Source of the DNA: Epithemia pelagica
Taxonomy: Eukaryota; Protista; Bacillariophyta
Assembly (NCBI GenBank): GCA_946965045.2
Contig: OX337237.1
Coordinates: 2,542,001 to 2,606,000, forward strand
Reading direction: 5' to 3'
Length of the DNA: 64,000 bases
Shown here one piece after another: positions 1 to 9,751 of this stretch. Each line of letters starts with the position of its first letter. The stretch's first letter is position 1. Made by a program: the position numbers and the translations under genes. The notes under the pieces are model-generated. The model did no database searches, was not told the origin of the DNA, and was given only the letters and a program-made list of their open reading frames with translations.

Positions 1-1912
1 ACGTTGACCTCACTTGACTTGTGACGGGCGAAGGAGTTCGACGACTTCTGTGGTACTCCACAGTTGGCAACGTTCGAGATTCCGGTGCGTCGGCCGGTCC
101 GGAACGTCACCTTCTCGGCGTTGTCAAACTTGCAACGAATGGCAAGTTGACGGGCATTCCTCAACGGCCAGTTCACGCCCAATCTACCCGCACACTTGAA
201 GCCAGATCCATCCGCGTCATTCTGTGAAGTCTCGGGGACGAGCTCAGTCCAACCGAGGTGCTTCGCACCATCCTTGCGGGCCTTGAGGTGTTTTGCGGGT
301 ATCTGCTCTAGAAACAGCAGACCCTGCCATCCTGGCGGGTGCGCCACTTTCATGATGTGCAAGAGGATCTTGTACGTCGCAAACTTATCATCTGGGTTGT
401 CGATGATCATGTGCGACGAGTCTTGTGTATCGTTGGCGACTCGATCAAAGGCGAGATTGTTCGTCGCGAGGTGCGACGATTTCTCAAGCACAGATTCTTT
501 GAGAATAATCGCGGGAAGCCCAGCCAACATTCCGTACGATTTGTCAAGACACGCCTTGAAAATTAAATCGGATACTTTAAGTAGTCTTATCTGGAGACAA
601 CATGCAACAACCAAACTGTTAGACAACAGCAGCAACAACAACGGCGACAATCAACAAATACAACAACAACAAACAACAACTTACTTCTGGGCCGCGGAGA
701 CCGAAGTCTCGGGAAGTCTTGTAGACTCCCATGCTCAAAGCCGTGGAATACTCGCCGTCTTCGAACGGCCGAAGCTCCGGCTCGCATGTCCGCATCTTTT
801 CTTCGTCGTCGAATGCCGTTGGTGCACGATTGGGTAGGCGGCCAAATTCGGGTCGGACGAGGGCTGCCTTGTTCCAAATGTCGGCAAGGTAGGCATGGTA
901 ATTGCCAAGCCCATGTTTGAGATCACTTTGAGCGATCACGATCCCGTGTGTTTTAAGAAGAGCAAAGAGATGGTTCAGCATCTTCATTGTTGTGTTGGGC
1001 TGGAAGAAAAACTTGGGGTCCTCCACTGAATCCGTTTCCATATTGAAACCCCGCATTCGATGGTTCACGAGAAAAACCATTACGCAACTATTCAACAATG
1101 TCAATTTCGATGGAGTCTTCACTCCGCGGAGAGCAAGAAAGAGGAGCGGCGTTGGTGTATCTCCACCCGACAGTTCATCGATATCTTCGACGATTTCAAG
1201 AAGAAAGTGCATCTCGTGATGCTTTTGAAGACACTCCAAAAATTTGTTGACGGAGGCGGCCTTTTCTTTGTCGTAGGAAGCCTTGCATCCGGTAAGGTCT
1301 CGGATGGTGAAGGTACTGTTCCCGTAGATGGTGGGAGAGAGGCGACAATACTGGCTCCAGGCGGCCAACGAACGTGCACGAGAAGAGTTCATGGTGGGCG
1401 GGTTGAAGGTGACCTCACCAATCCGCATGGAGCCCTTTTCGGCATCCCATGTCAGATGCTTCCGTTTGACCAAAGCTTGGGATACAAGCTTGGTATCCAC
1501 TTTGCAAGATTCCACAACCGTTGCGGCGTTGAGAAGGGCGTCGTTGGCGCCATTGGGAAGATCGAGACCTTCGATCTGGTGACGACGGGAAGAAGGATCA
1601 GGCCTCGCAACATTGCTGAAGGGAAAAAGGAAACATGGTGGTTAGAATGAGACAGATAAGAATAGAAACAAAACATACTGTCACTTACTTTGATTGCTCT
1701 GTAGCTTGGATGTTGTCTTGTTGTTGTGGTTGTCGACGAGGATTTCGGGAAGGAGGAAGGTTCACTTCCGTTAATGGCGGACGATTGGCACGGTTGTTGG
1801 GTGGGCGGCCGGGATTTCGGTACGGGTTCACGTTATTGGTTGAGTTTGTGGCGTCCACATTGTTTCTTGCGGCCGCCCGCTCCAGTTGGCGGCGAGATTG
1901 TCGAGTCGCCAT
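1..1912 (-). CDS. Tyrosine recombinase, Crypton-like, 3 exons (1912-1689, 1615-685, 590-<1); C-terminus off-window
   Basis: GT-AG introns 1688-1616 and 684-591 splice in frame. The spliced protein has box I FGLRGPE|IRLLKVSDL (catalytic Arg, split by intron 2), then RTGR + 22 aa + H (ARHKSSEVN), matching XerC-type HxxR-x22-H-x8-Y spacing. The Tyr would fall ~2 codons beyond base 1. Confidence 0.85.
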
Positions 1913-2143
1913 GGTCAGGCTGTGAAACGACGATGAAAAAACGATGCACAATGAAAAATGAGGGTGAGGAAAGTGAAGACGGTGACACTTGCGAGAAAGT
2001 GCGGACACGTAGGTTACACGTAGGAATCAGTAGGAAACAGAACAGCGACTCAACCATGCGCGCGCGCACGGCAGGTGGTTTGAAATTTTGGGAAGACGTC
2101 TGGAACGAAAACACACGACAATGGTGGGAAACGCGGCGAAAAC

Positions 2144-2569
2144 TTACCGTCTCTGTAGGATTTCCATGATCCAAGGGTCGGAACTACAGGTGCTGAAGTC
2201 GTCGGATGACCCAGTACAGTCGTGGTAGAGTTCCGAGCGGCGAAAGAGATTGCCATCCCATTCGTCTGTTGCATTGTCCTTGGTGACAAAGACGAGAGTT
2301 TCGCCCGAAGAGTCTGATGAGCAACTAGACGACGAAGACGAACTACAAAGATCTATTACATCAGGAGGGGTGCAAAGGTCTATGACTCCACAATCAACCT
2401 GTTTGGAAGCATGAGCAACTCCACCAGAAGGAGGAGGAGTCACCATGGTCGGTTGTCTTCCTTTTCTCATCATGTTGTTGCATTGTTGTTGCACAAAATG
2501 TGTCGTCTGTGAGAGATTATCGTGGGAATGTCCGTTGGGGGGTGGGGGATCTAAGTAATATATAGACAT
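2144..2569 (-). CDS. Small hypothetical protein (141 aa) with two SIM-like VIDLC motifs and a Ser/acidic tract
   Basis: ATG-to-stop ORF, same strand as and just upstream of the YR gene; GVIDLCTPPDVIDLCSSSSSSS. Confidence 0.4.
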   Translation of the reverse strand: MSIYYLDPPPPNGHSHDNLSQTTHFVQQQCNNMMRKGRQPTMVTPPPSGGVAHASKQVDCGVIDLCTPPDVIDLCSSSSSSSCSSDSSGETLVFVTKDNATDEWDGNLFRRSELYHDCTGSSDDFSTCSSDPWIMEILQRR

Positions 2570-2637
2570 TACCTATGTATTCCTGTGTCACGCCTATGTA
2601 AACAACACGACTTGTCGTATGTACCTATTTGATAGAT

Positions 2638-2721
2638 GCGAGCCATCGGATTTGTTGCGCAAGCACGACAGTATGTTGCTTATTGAGAAACGCGAGCAAT
2701 CGGATGAGGTGCGCAAGCACG
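2638..2721. repeat. Two 30-bp direct repeats, 54-bp period
   Basis: gcgagccatcggatttgttgcgcaagcacg (2638-2667) vs gcgagcaatcggatgaggtgcgcaagcacg (2692-2721), 26/30 identical. Confidence 0.8.
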
Positions 2722-2853
2722 CAAGCAAGATACCTAACTAACACTGTACCGGCGCGAATGTAAAAAGCTAAATAGGCCAACTATTACTAAGTATCGATAG
2801 AGATAAACGATCACTTAGGAAGACCGAAAATTACCTAGGGTGCGCCCGCACGA

Positions 2854-3090
2854 CTCCTCGTGACAAAGGAAGCTAACATACTTTAATAGCCCCGGGGGAC
2901 TCCTCGTCGCAGGGCGCTCCTCGTGGCTTAACTCCTCGTCGGGCAATAGCTTCTCGTCGTGGACTGCCCCCTCGATCCGCTTACGCGGATCTCACAGGGG
3001 CAGTCCACTCCTCGTCGCTATTGCCCTTCTCGGAGTTAAGCCACTCCTCACACCCTAGCTCCTCCTCGTCCCAACCTGGCTATTAAAGTA
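2854..3090. repeat. Interrupted long inverted repeat (5 nested stems) with CTCCTCGT direct-repeat loops
   Basis: Stems 2879-2891/3078-3090, 2923-2935/3032-3044, 2941-2950/3017-3026, 2959-2970/2997-3008, 2974-2980/2985-2991; six exact CTCCTCGT copies plus ~3 variants. Confidence 0.9.
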
Positions 3091-3242
3091 GATTTACTAC
3101 CTCTTCACTACCATACTTGGAGTACGGACGGAGAGACCGCCTCCTACACCCAACATGTCTCTTCGCATTGTTGCAACAACAAAATTGTTCCTTGGCTACT
3201 TCAAATTTCATAGGTGTCCCTTACTCCTTACTTGGTGCAAAG

Positions 3243-4208
3243 ATGGATATGAAAAACCTTTCTCAAACGGATTTGATTGAGCGTCTGAATTGGGTGGCAG
3301 GAACAATTGCTCAAGTTTGGCTTGTGGTCGTCCGAGAATGGCACAAGAATACGGTCGTGGAAGGACCATCCCCGCATCAAACTTGTCCTCAGTCGAGACT
3401 TGCAGTCTCCCACCAAGGGACGAGAAGTTGTGGCGGACTTGTTTCAATGGTTGGGCGTTTCGGATCCAACCAACACTACCACCACCACAGGAGGAGGCGT
3501 CCAGCTGCATCAACCCAAAACAGCCATGATTACCCATTACACAAGTCCTCCCATGACGTCTGAATTCCGATCCTGGCTCCAAGACACCATTTTTCGTCCC
3601 TACAATGAACGACTCTATCGCTTGTTTGGGCCCGACTATCAGGGCATTTTTGATGACGAACCAACCACAAAATCCTCTATGTGATAGTGCGCGCGATTCG
3701 TCTGGTATCGATTGGCTATAGAGAAATGGTGGATTATAAAACAAAAAAATCCCATGGCAACAACAACCTGGTCGTCGATTGCCGTGTTCCAATGAAGTTA
3801 ACACTCTGAAAAGGAGCTGGTGGATTCGTTTTCTACTCGTGAATTGTGGAGCCACAAAAACACATGTCTATCTTCACCCACTACTCATGCGGGTGGATCA
3901 CCAGGTATTTCTGTCGTTGAATGCATCGTCGTCATTTGGCTTCTTGGTGTAAGGATCAATCAACAATCGGGTTCTTGTAATAGTACCTGCCCCAAACCCA
4001 AACAAGGCAATGGCTCCTCCTTCATTATTGGTTTCGTCCAAGACCAGATTGACCCCTTCGGCTTGTTGGACGGACCAGGTCAACACCAATCGATGCTTGT
4101 TGCACACAAGTTCCAAATCATTTTCTTCATCGCCAATGGCCAACCATTCGGTCGCCATGACAATGCCCAAGACGCGACACAATTCCTGCACACCCACAGC
4201 CTTGCTCG
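3243..4208. pseudogene. Deleted duplicate of the 4674-7320 region: HNH-gene 5' relic, sulfotransferase-like tail (+) and HAD 3' relic (-)
   Basis: MDMKNLSQTDLIERL (3243) resembles MDMESLTRDQLIERI (4674). 3400-3684 resembles 6458-6772. 3900-4208 resembles 7030-7319 (HAD tail, AIGDEENDLELV, with deletions). Confidence 0.75.
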
Positions 4209-4673
4209 TACTATTCTTGTCTGAAAAAGAAGACTGGGCAATTGTCTTGTCGCAAGTTGCCAAGGAACACTTGCCTTCGAAACGAAGCAAGCGGCGGGAA
4301 GGCTGGGTTCAAGCATATTATATACAGCCGCCGCTTGAACCTTGCTACCAGTCGTGGTGAATACCGGAAGAACAATTGTTGAACAAGGGATTCCAGATTC
4401 CAGCTCGGGCCATGGCAACGGCTGCATTAGTTGCGTTCGCAATTCCCTCATCTCCATGACCCGAATCGGGAGATGCTGCTGTATCCGTAATCCGTAGTCT
4501 CAAACATGGAGGTTGTGATAAAACTGGCAAGCCCGTCAATCTGTTTCGAAACGATGCTTTACATTAGGATTGGGCACCAGTCACCTACTCTCTCTCGAAT
4601 TTTCCGGTAACCTGCCGCCTGCCGGGCCAGACCCCGAAGAATCACACACGTGTTAGCCTAAAAATTTGAGAAG

Positions 4674-6037
4674 ATGGATATGGAAAGCCTTACTAGAGAC
4701 CAGTTGATTGAGCGTATCGAAAGAGCCGAGGCAAGGACGAAGGAGGCAAAGGCGTTGATTGAGCGTATCAAAAGAGCCGAGGCAGAGGCGAAGGAGGCAG
4801 AGGCGAAGGAGGCAGAGGCGTTGATCGAGCGTATCAAAAGAGCCGAGGCAGAGGCGAAGGAGGCAGAGGCTAGAGCTGAAAAGGCCGAAGCGTTGACAAA
4901 TGGAACTTACTACGCAACAATATATGACGTTGTAGGACGTTTGGAAGAGGACATTCCACAAGGTTCCTTGAGCTGCGTTCGAAGACCAGCAAAATGTGAT
5001 CGATTCTATAAGACGGCTATCGAAGCAGCAGAGTCTGCGGATGGTCTTCTCCGTCCTTAAAAAATGCATCATGTACGTCTGGATACGACGAGGCTGAAGG
5101 AGATGAGGCAAGGAAACGCAAACGGAGTATTGAATCCTTTGGACTTGATGGGGAGAAGCAGGAGGCAGCAGAAATTGCTCATTTAGTCCCACACAGCCAA
5201 AAATGTTCGTCCCTCTATGGAGAATTATTGGAGGCCATGGTCGGTGTAGACTTTCAAGAGCCGAGGAAACAAAGACTGCAAGTCCTGGTCCATGGACAGG
5301 AAGGTCGAGATGGTAAGGAGAAAAAAACTGGAATCAAGCACTGCAGCATGAACCTGATTCGTGTCATGCTCCCGAAGGCTTTTATGGACAAACACCCAAG
5401 CCAAGTTCTCATTCTGCCGATATTGACCGTTGACGAAGTATTGCACTTTGGTGAACCAGGACATCATGACTGTTATTCAATCGCAGTTCTTTGTGAGTCG
5501 CCTGACGTTTACCAGCAGATGGTACTCACAGACGAGTACGAAATCTGTACTCCCACCGATCTACAGCGTGCCGTGGAAACATTGCGAAAGTTTACGTTTG
5601 CCGTTGCCGAACATGCCAGAGACAATGTAAAAGATGAAGACCTGGATTCGATAGTCTCGGAAAGGACTACGCTGCTTGTGGCACGTGGTTTTCTTAAGAG
5701 GTCAAGAGTTTTGACTCCCACCCTTCTTTCGACCGGGGACAAGCAGCCGCCGCGCGTGCTAAAGTTGCCACTCGCGAACGACGGAAAGGGAGCAACCACC
5801 TGTGACCCATGGTTGCTTTGCCTAAAGAGTGCAATTATGTACTCTAGCTTTTGCGGAAATAAGCTCCTCCCTGGGTGCTTTTCGCCACCAGCCACAGTAT
5901 TCTCTTCGACGCATGAGTCCTTGAATAGTTTCTCTCACGAAAACTGGGATTTAGTTTCGAGCCGTGTACCCAATGAAGTAAATTCTCCCAGTCGAGCTGT
6001 TGACTCAATTTCGGAAATTAGCAGCTGTGCATCCTAG
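4674..6037 (+). pseudogene. Coiled-coil + HNH-type nuclease/effector-like gene, frameshifted near 5012-5060
   Basis: The first frame stops at 5058-5060. The -1 frame is open 5012-6037 and encodes EAAEIAHLVPHSQKC (HNH_2-like AHxxP motif) and CDPWLLCLKSAIMYS. N-terminal LIERIKRAEAEAKEA repeats. Confidence 0.55.
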
Positions 6038-6457
6038 TGGATTATCGACGAGAAATTGAAAACAACTGGGATCATTGTACAAGGGTTCTGCACCTGAGAA
6101 AGCTGATGGGCAGTGAAGCGGCATTGCTTGGACAACACCGTAGCAAAGGGGTCCTGGCTGCTATACTGTCGCAGCAACCGGATTGAAAGTACTCTACGAA
6201 AAGCCAATGAAAATTCTATTCCTGTAACCTTGATCAAAGTGGTGGAATTAACGTTTTTCAATAGTCCAACAACTGGCAGTTTCTCCCTCGGTTACAAGTT
6301 ATGTTGATCTTTTTACCTAGTCCGGTAGGTAGGGAACTCTTTTGTGGCCATTACGCAAGCTTCAAGATGTATTCGTTTCTCGTAGATGGACTAAGCCCAG
6401 CCGACTCTCTTCGTTGCCATGAGTTAATGGTCCAATATTGTCGAGGAAGGCCCAGAC

Positions 6458-6772
6458 TTGCAGTCTCCCACCAAGGGACGGGAGATTGTGGCGGTGGGAC
6501 GGGAGATTGTGGTGGTGGGACGGGAGATTGTGGCGGGTTTGTTTCATTGGTTGGGAGTCACGGATAACACTGCAGGAGAAGCGGTCCAGCCACAACCCAA
6601 AACGGCCATGATTACGCAGTATACCAGTCTTCCCATGTCGTCCGAATTCCGCTCCTGGCTTGACGAAACCATTTTTCGTCCCTACACTGAACGACTCCAT
6701 CGTTTGTTGGGGCCCAACGATCAGTGCATTTTTGACCATGAGAAACCACCAACCACAATTCGTATGATATAG
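6458..6772 (+). pseudogene. Sulfotransferase-like C-terminal fragment with a 21-bp triplication
   Basis: FRSWLDETIFRPYTERLHRLLG resembles the C-terminal helix of sulfotransferase-domain proteins; no upstream PAPS motifs. gggacgggagattgtggcggt occurs ~3 times at ~6475-6537. Confidence 0.45.
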
Positions 6773-7050
6773 ATTGAGAAATGGTATGGTAAATTCTAAA
6801 AATATCAGTGGCAACAAACACCTTGTTGTCGATTGTCTTGTTACGATATCTTGTGAATTTTTCCACTCAGGAAAGGAGCTGGTGGATTCGTGTTCCACTC
6901 ATCCAAATTGTCTAGGGCAGAACCGCCAAAGCCTGCTTTTCTCCGTCCATTCCAAACAATTCGTCAGAAAGTTGGAGCACCCTCCATGTTTCTTTGAGAA
7001 CACTGCAAATACGAACTGCATTGTCGTCCTTTGGATCCAGGGTGCAGGAA

Positions 7051-8604
7051 TCAACGATCGGGTCGTTGTTGTAGTACCTGTCCCAACCCAAACAAGGCAA
7101 TGGCTATACCGGCTCCTCCTTCGTTATTGGTTTCGTCCAAGACCAGATCGACCCCCTCAGCTTGTTTGACCAAGTCCACGGCATTGCCCATGGCAATACC
7201 AATCGATGCTTGTTGCAAGAGTTGTAAATCATTTTCTCCATCGCCAATGGCCAACAATTCCGTCGCCATGTCAATGCTCAAGACACGACACAATTCCTGT
7301 ACGCCCACGGCCTTGCTCGAGTTGGGTGGCAACAATTCCACCAAGCGGGGAACGGCACTCGTGACACTGGCATGGTAGGGTTCGGCCACGGCTTGGAATG
7401 TGGGTCGAAAGGCGACAATTTCGTCGGCCGTGTCGGCCATGACCAATACCTTGTGAAAGCCCGGTGTGTAGTCTCGTAAACGACCTGTATTCAGCAGGAC
7501 GGGTCGCGGTTCGCCCCAAATGGTATGGACCAATTCCAAATGATGCGGATTTTGTGTGGCACAGACTGGTGTGGTATACAAAACGTCGCCATCATAGGCC
7601 AAAATCGTGAGACCCTCTTGTTCAATGACGGCTTGTGCCGCATCCAACAAGTCGGGTGCATTGATCAATTTTTGTTCAAAGACAACGTGTCCCTGCGCGT
7701 TGACACAGTACAAGCCTTGATTATACACACCCGGTACGGTGGACAAGAGATTCGAAAGTTCGGTCCCCAAACTGGTCAAGGCTCCTTCTCGTGTCTTGCC
7801 CGTGGCTGGAAAAAAGTAGTCAAGGGTCGAATTCTTGGTGTCCTTGTCGGCTGCTGCGCGCGACGATACCGCCACGGCCGTTTGGACGGCTGCTCGGGTC
7901 AGGGGATGCAACGTGCTGCTCGTTGTCAACAAGGTTCCATCGACATCGGAGGCAATGGCACGAATCTTGGCAATGCGCTCAATCAAGTCGTCATTGCCTT
8001 GAATGCGACTCTGATACTTTTTCAGAATCTCCACCGGTACATCCACAACAGACCTGTCATTGGTTTCGTCCATGGATGGGGATTCCATCGCTAGTTCCTT
8101 CTTCTCTTCCTCCTCCTGGGTGGCATCGGCTTGTTGGACGGCTTGTTGAATGAGGTCGTGCAAGTTTGGAAACGACGCCGCCGACACGGATTCCGCAGAC
8201 GATGATTCGTCCTCAAAGACTTGATTGGTGGACAACTTTTGATGTAGATTGAGAATGGTTTCGAGTTCTTCCATCGAATACAAATCACTCTTGGAAGTGG
8301 GAGTTGGGGAAGACGATTTCATCCAGGGAAACAACCCTGTTGTTTCGTCCTCCTCTAGATTTCCCTCCTCACCGTTGGGTTCGGGCTGGGAAGCAGCAGC
8401 TTCATGATCATCAGTATTGGTTTGGGAAAGAGGTGGCAGTGTTGTCATACTCGGACAATGCCTGTACTGGAATGTGTTGCGACTACCCAACGACAAACCA
8501 AATGGTGGATTCACAACCACAAAGGCTTCTACCGCCTGTCGAAGAGCAAGGAGTCCACAGGGTATGACAAGAAGGACGAGATGAGTTCGGCAAGGGACTG
8601 TCAT
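7051..8604 (-). CDS. HAD-superfamily IIB (Cof-like) hydrolase, probably plastid-targeted
   Basis: Motif I ASDVDGTLL and motif IV LAIGDGENDLQLL...AMGNA. The presequence MTVPCRTHLVLLVIPCGLLALRQAVEA-FVV fits signal peptide + F motif; ATG at 8604. Confidence 0.9.
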   Translation of the reverse strand: MTVPCRTHLVLLVIPCGLLALRQAVEAFVVVNPPFGLSLGSRNTFQYRHCPSMTTLPPLSQTNTDDHEAAASQPEPNGEEGNLEEDETTGLFPWMKSSSPTPTSKSDLYSMEELETILNLHQKLSTNQVFEDESSSAESVSAASFPNLHDLIQQAVQQADATQEEEEKKELAMESPSMDETNDRSVVDVPVEILKKYQSRIQGNDDLIERIAKIRAIASDVDGTLLTTSSTLHPLTRAAVQTAVAVSSRAAADKDTKNSTLDYFFPATGKTREGALTSLGTELSNLLSTVPGVYNQGLYCVNAQGHVVFEQKLINAPDLLDAAQAVIEQEGLTILAYDGDVLYTTPVCATQNPHHLELVHTIWGEPRPVLLNTGRLRDYTPGFHKVLVMADTADEIVAFRPTFQAVAEPYHASVTSAVPRLVELLPPNSSKAVGVQELCRVLSIDMATELLAIGDGENDLQLLQQASIGIAMGNAVDLVKQAEGVDLVLDETNNEGGAGIAIALFGLGQVLQQRPDR

Positions 8605-8824
8605 GGTGGAACATGAGCACCAAGGAACGAGTTTGGGTTTCAATGAGCTGGTGATCGGCATGAGGGAACGAGCGACCGAAATGCGTTTAAGGCGACCGAA
8701 ACGCGAATGAATGAATGTTTTCCCCATCTTTTCCGCGACTGAGGGAGGGATCCTTTCTTTTGCTTCCACGTGTACCATAGGCACCATCAAAAGAAAAGAC
8801 ACATAGGATCACATCATGTCACAT

Positions 8825-9035
8825 TGTTGAAGGATGTCCCGTCATCGGTCGCGGAGGCGGATGCAACTGCGACCAAGGATACGTCGCCTGGAGCACCAGA
8901 TGGAGTCGAATGGATGGAAGCTGAACGACGTGGCAAGCAATCGAAGAAAAAGAGCCAGAGAGCTCATTCTAAGGAGAATACGTAACTTGTAATCGATTGT
9001 TGCCTTTACAGCACAGTTGTTAATAGTTTTCAACA
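8825..9035 (+). repeat. 5' LTR
   Basis: 210/211 identical to the 3' LTR (T9027 vs G14899). Confidence 0.97.
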
Positions 9036-9049
9036 TATTCTCCTTAGAA
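9036..9049 (+). promoter_or_regulatory. Primer-binding site complementary to the element's own LTR (8967-8980)
   Basis: tattctccttagaa directly abuts the LTR end and is the exact reverse complement of ttctaaggagaata. It does not begin with TGG, so it cannot pair a tRNA CCA end. Confidence 0.75.
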
Positions 9050-9086
9050 AATAATCTCACATTGTGCCGTGAAGTACTGCCGGTCA

Positions 9087-9749
9087 ATGTCTGAGGAACC
9101 AAGTCGCCTCACCACTTTATTGAACCAGTTGACTTTGTTATCGATCGAGCAGCAAGATCGCATCAACGAGACCTACCGCAGGCACGAACATAACGTGCAA
9201 CAGCGGGAAGAGGCGTTTCGTGAGGCCCGACGCGAGCTGGAGGACAAGCACAAAAACGATATCGCGCACGACCGGCACCTCCTCCGAGACGCTAAGGATC
9301 GCATTTACGCGGAAATCCAAGAGAGGCGGAGGAATTTATTGATTCAAATCCGTTCAACTTCAACTGTGACTGAAGAGCAGGAATTGGTGCCAAAGGTACC
9401 TAGGACCGTACAACAACGCACCTCGGAGGCAGAATTGGATTCATCTCGGGACGAATCGGCTGAGCTAGCGGACGACATCAGGGAACTAGAGGACGGACGC
9501 ATCGAAATCATCGTTGAGATTCCAGATCTCCCCGCAGACGCAACCACCAAACCAAAGAAGCTGGCTATCGGTAGTGACGTGTGGGTATTAAATCCTTTGA
9601 AGCTCGCTCGAGTTCAAAAACGAACACACCTCAAGGCCAAAGTGATTGGAACCACCCCATCCGGACAATACAAGCTCCAGGTGTGGAACCCAATCCTCAA
9701 GGTAAACGAAGAACATCGACGAATCCGGAAGAATCTGGCCCTCAGATAA
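9087..9749 (+). CDS. Retroelement accessory ORF1 (220 aa), coiled-coil plus basic beta-rich C-terminus
   Basis: Intact ORF between the PBS and gag-pol; heptad-like E/R/Q-rich N-half; C-terminal LAIGSDVWVLNP...KAKVIGTTPSGQYKLQV (SH3/KOW-like by eye). Confidence 0.7.
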   Translation: MSEEPSRLTTLLNQLTLLSIEQQDRINETYRRHEHNVQQREEAFREARRELEDKHKNDIAHDRHLLRDAKDRIYAEIQERRRNLLIQIRSTSTVTEEQELVPKVPRTVQQRTSEAELDSSRDESAELADDIRELEDGRIEIIVEIPDLPADATTKPKKLAIGSDVWVLNPLKLARVQKRTHLKAKVIGTTPSGQYKLQVWNPILKVNEEHRRIRKNLALR

Positions 9750-9751
9750 TC

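Larger units (their letters stand above)
1..3090 (-). mobile_element. Putative Crypton-like (YR) DNA transposon, left part off-window; right boundary uncertain (~3.1 kb)
   Basis: Intron-containing YR gene, an accessory ORF and a structured repeat/hairpin region that ends abruptly before decayed host-gene fragments. No terminal repeat or TSD can be verified because the other end is missing. Confidence 0.5.

Noticed and set aside
196-1650. Plus-strand ORFs 196-837 and 1060-1650
   Set aside because: Antisense shadows of the spliced YR exons; no motifs.
2854-3070. CRISPR-like interpretation of the CTCCTCGT repeats
   Set aside because: Repeats are only 8-9 bp with irregular spacing, the spacers pair with each other, there are no cas genes, and the context is eukaryotic.
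1-3100. DIRS/Ngaro YR-retrotransposon interpretation
   Set aside because: No RT/RNase H ORF visible and the YR has spliceosomal introns; cannot be fully excluded because the element continues off-window.
8770-9102. Short ORFs 8770-8985, 8842-9102 and 14714-14995
   Set aside because: They arise from LTR sequence (the Pol tail frame or its antisense) and are not independent genes.
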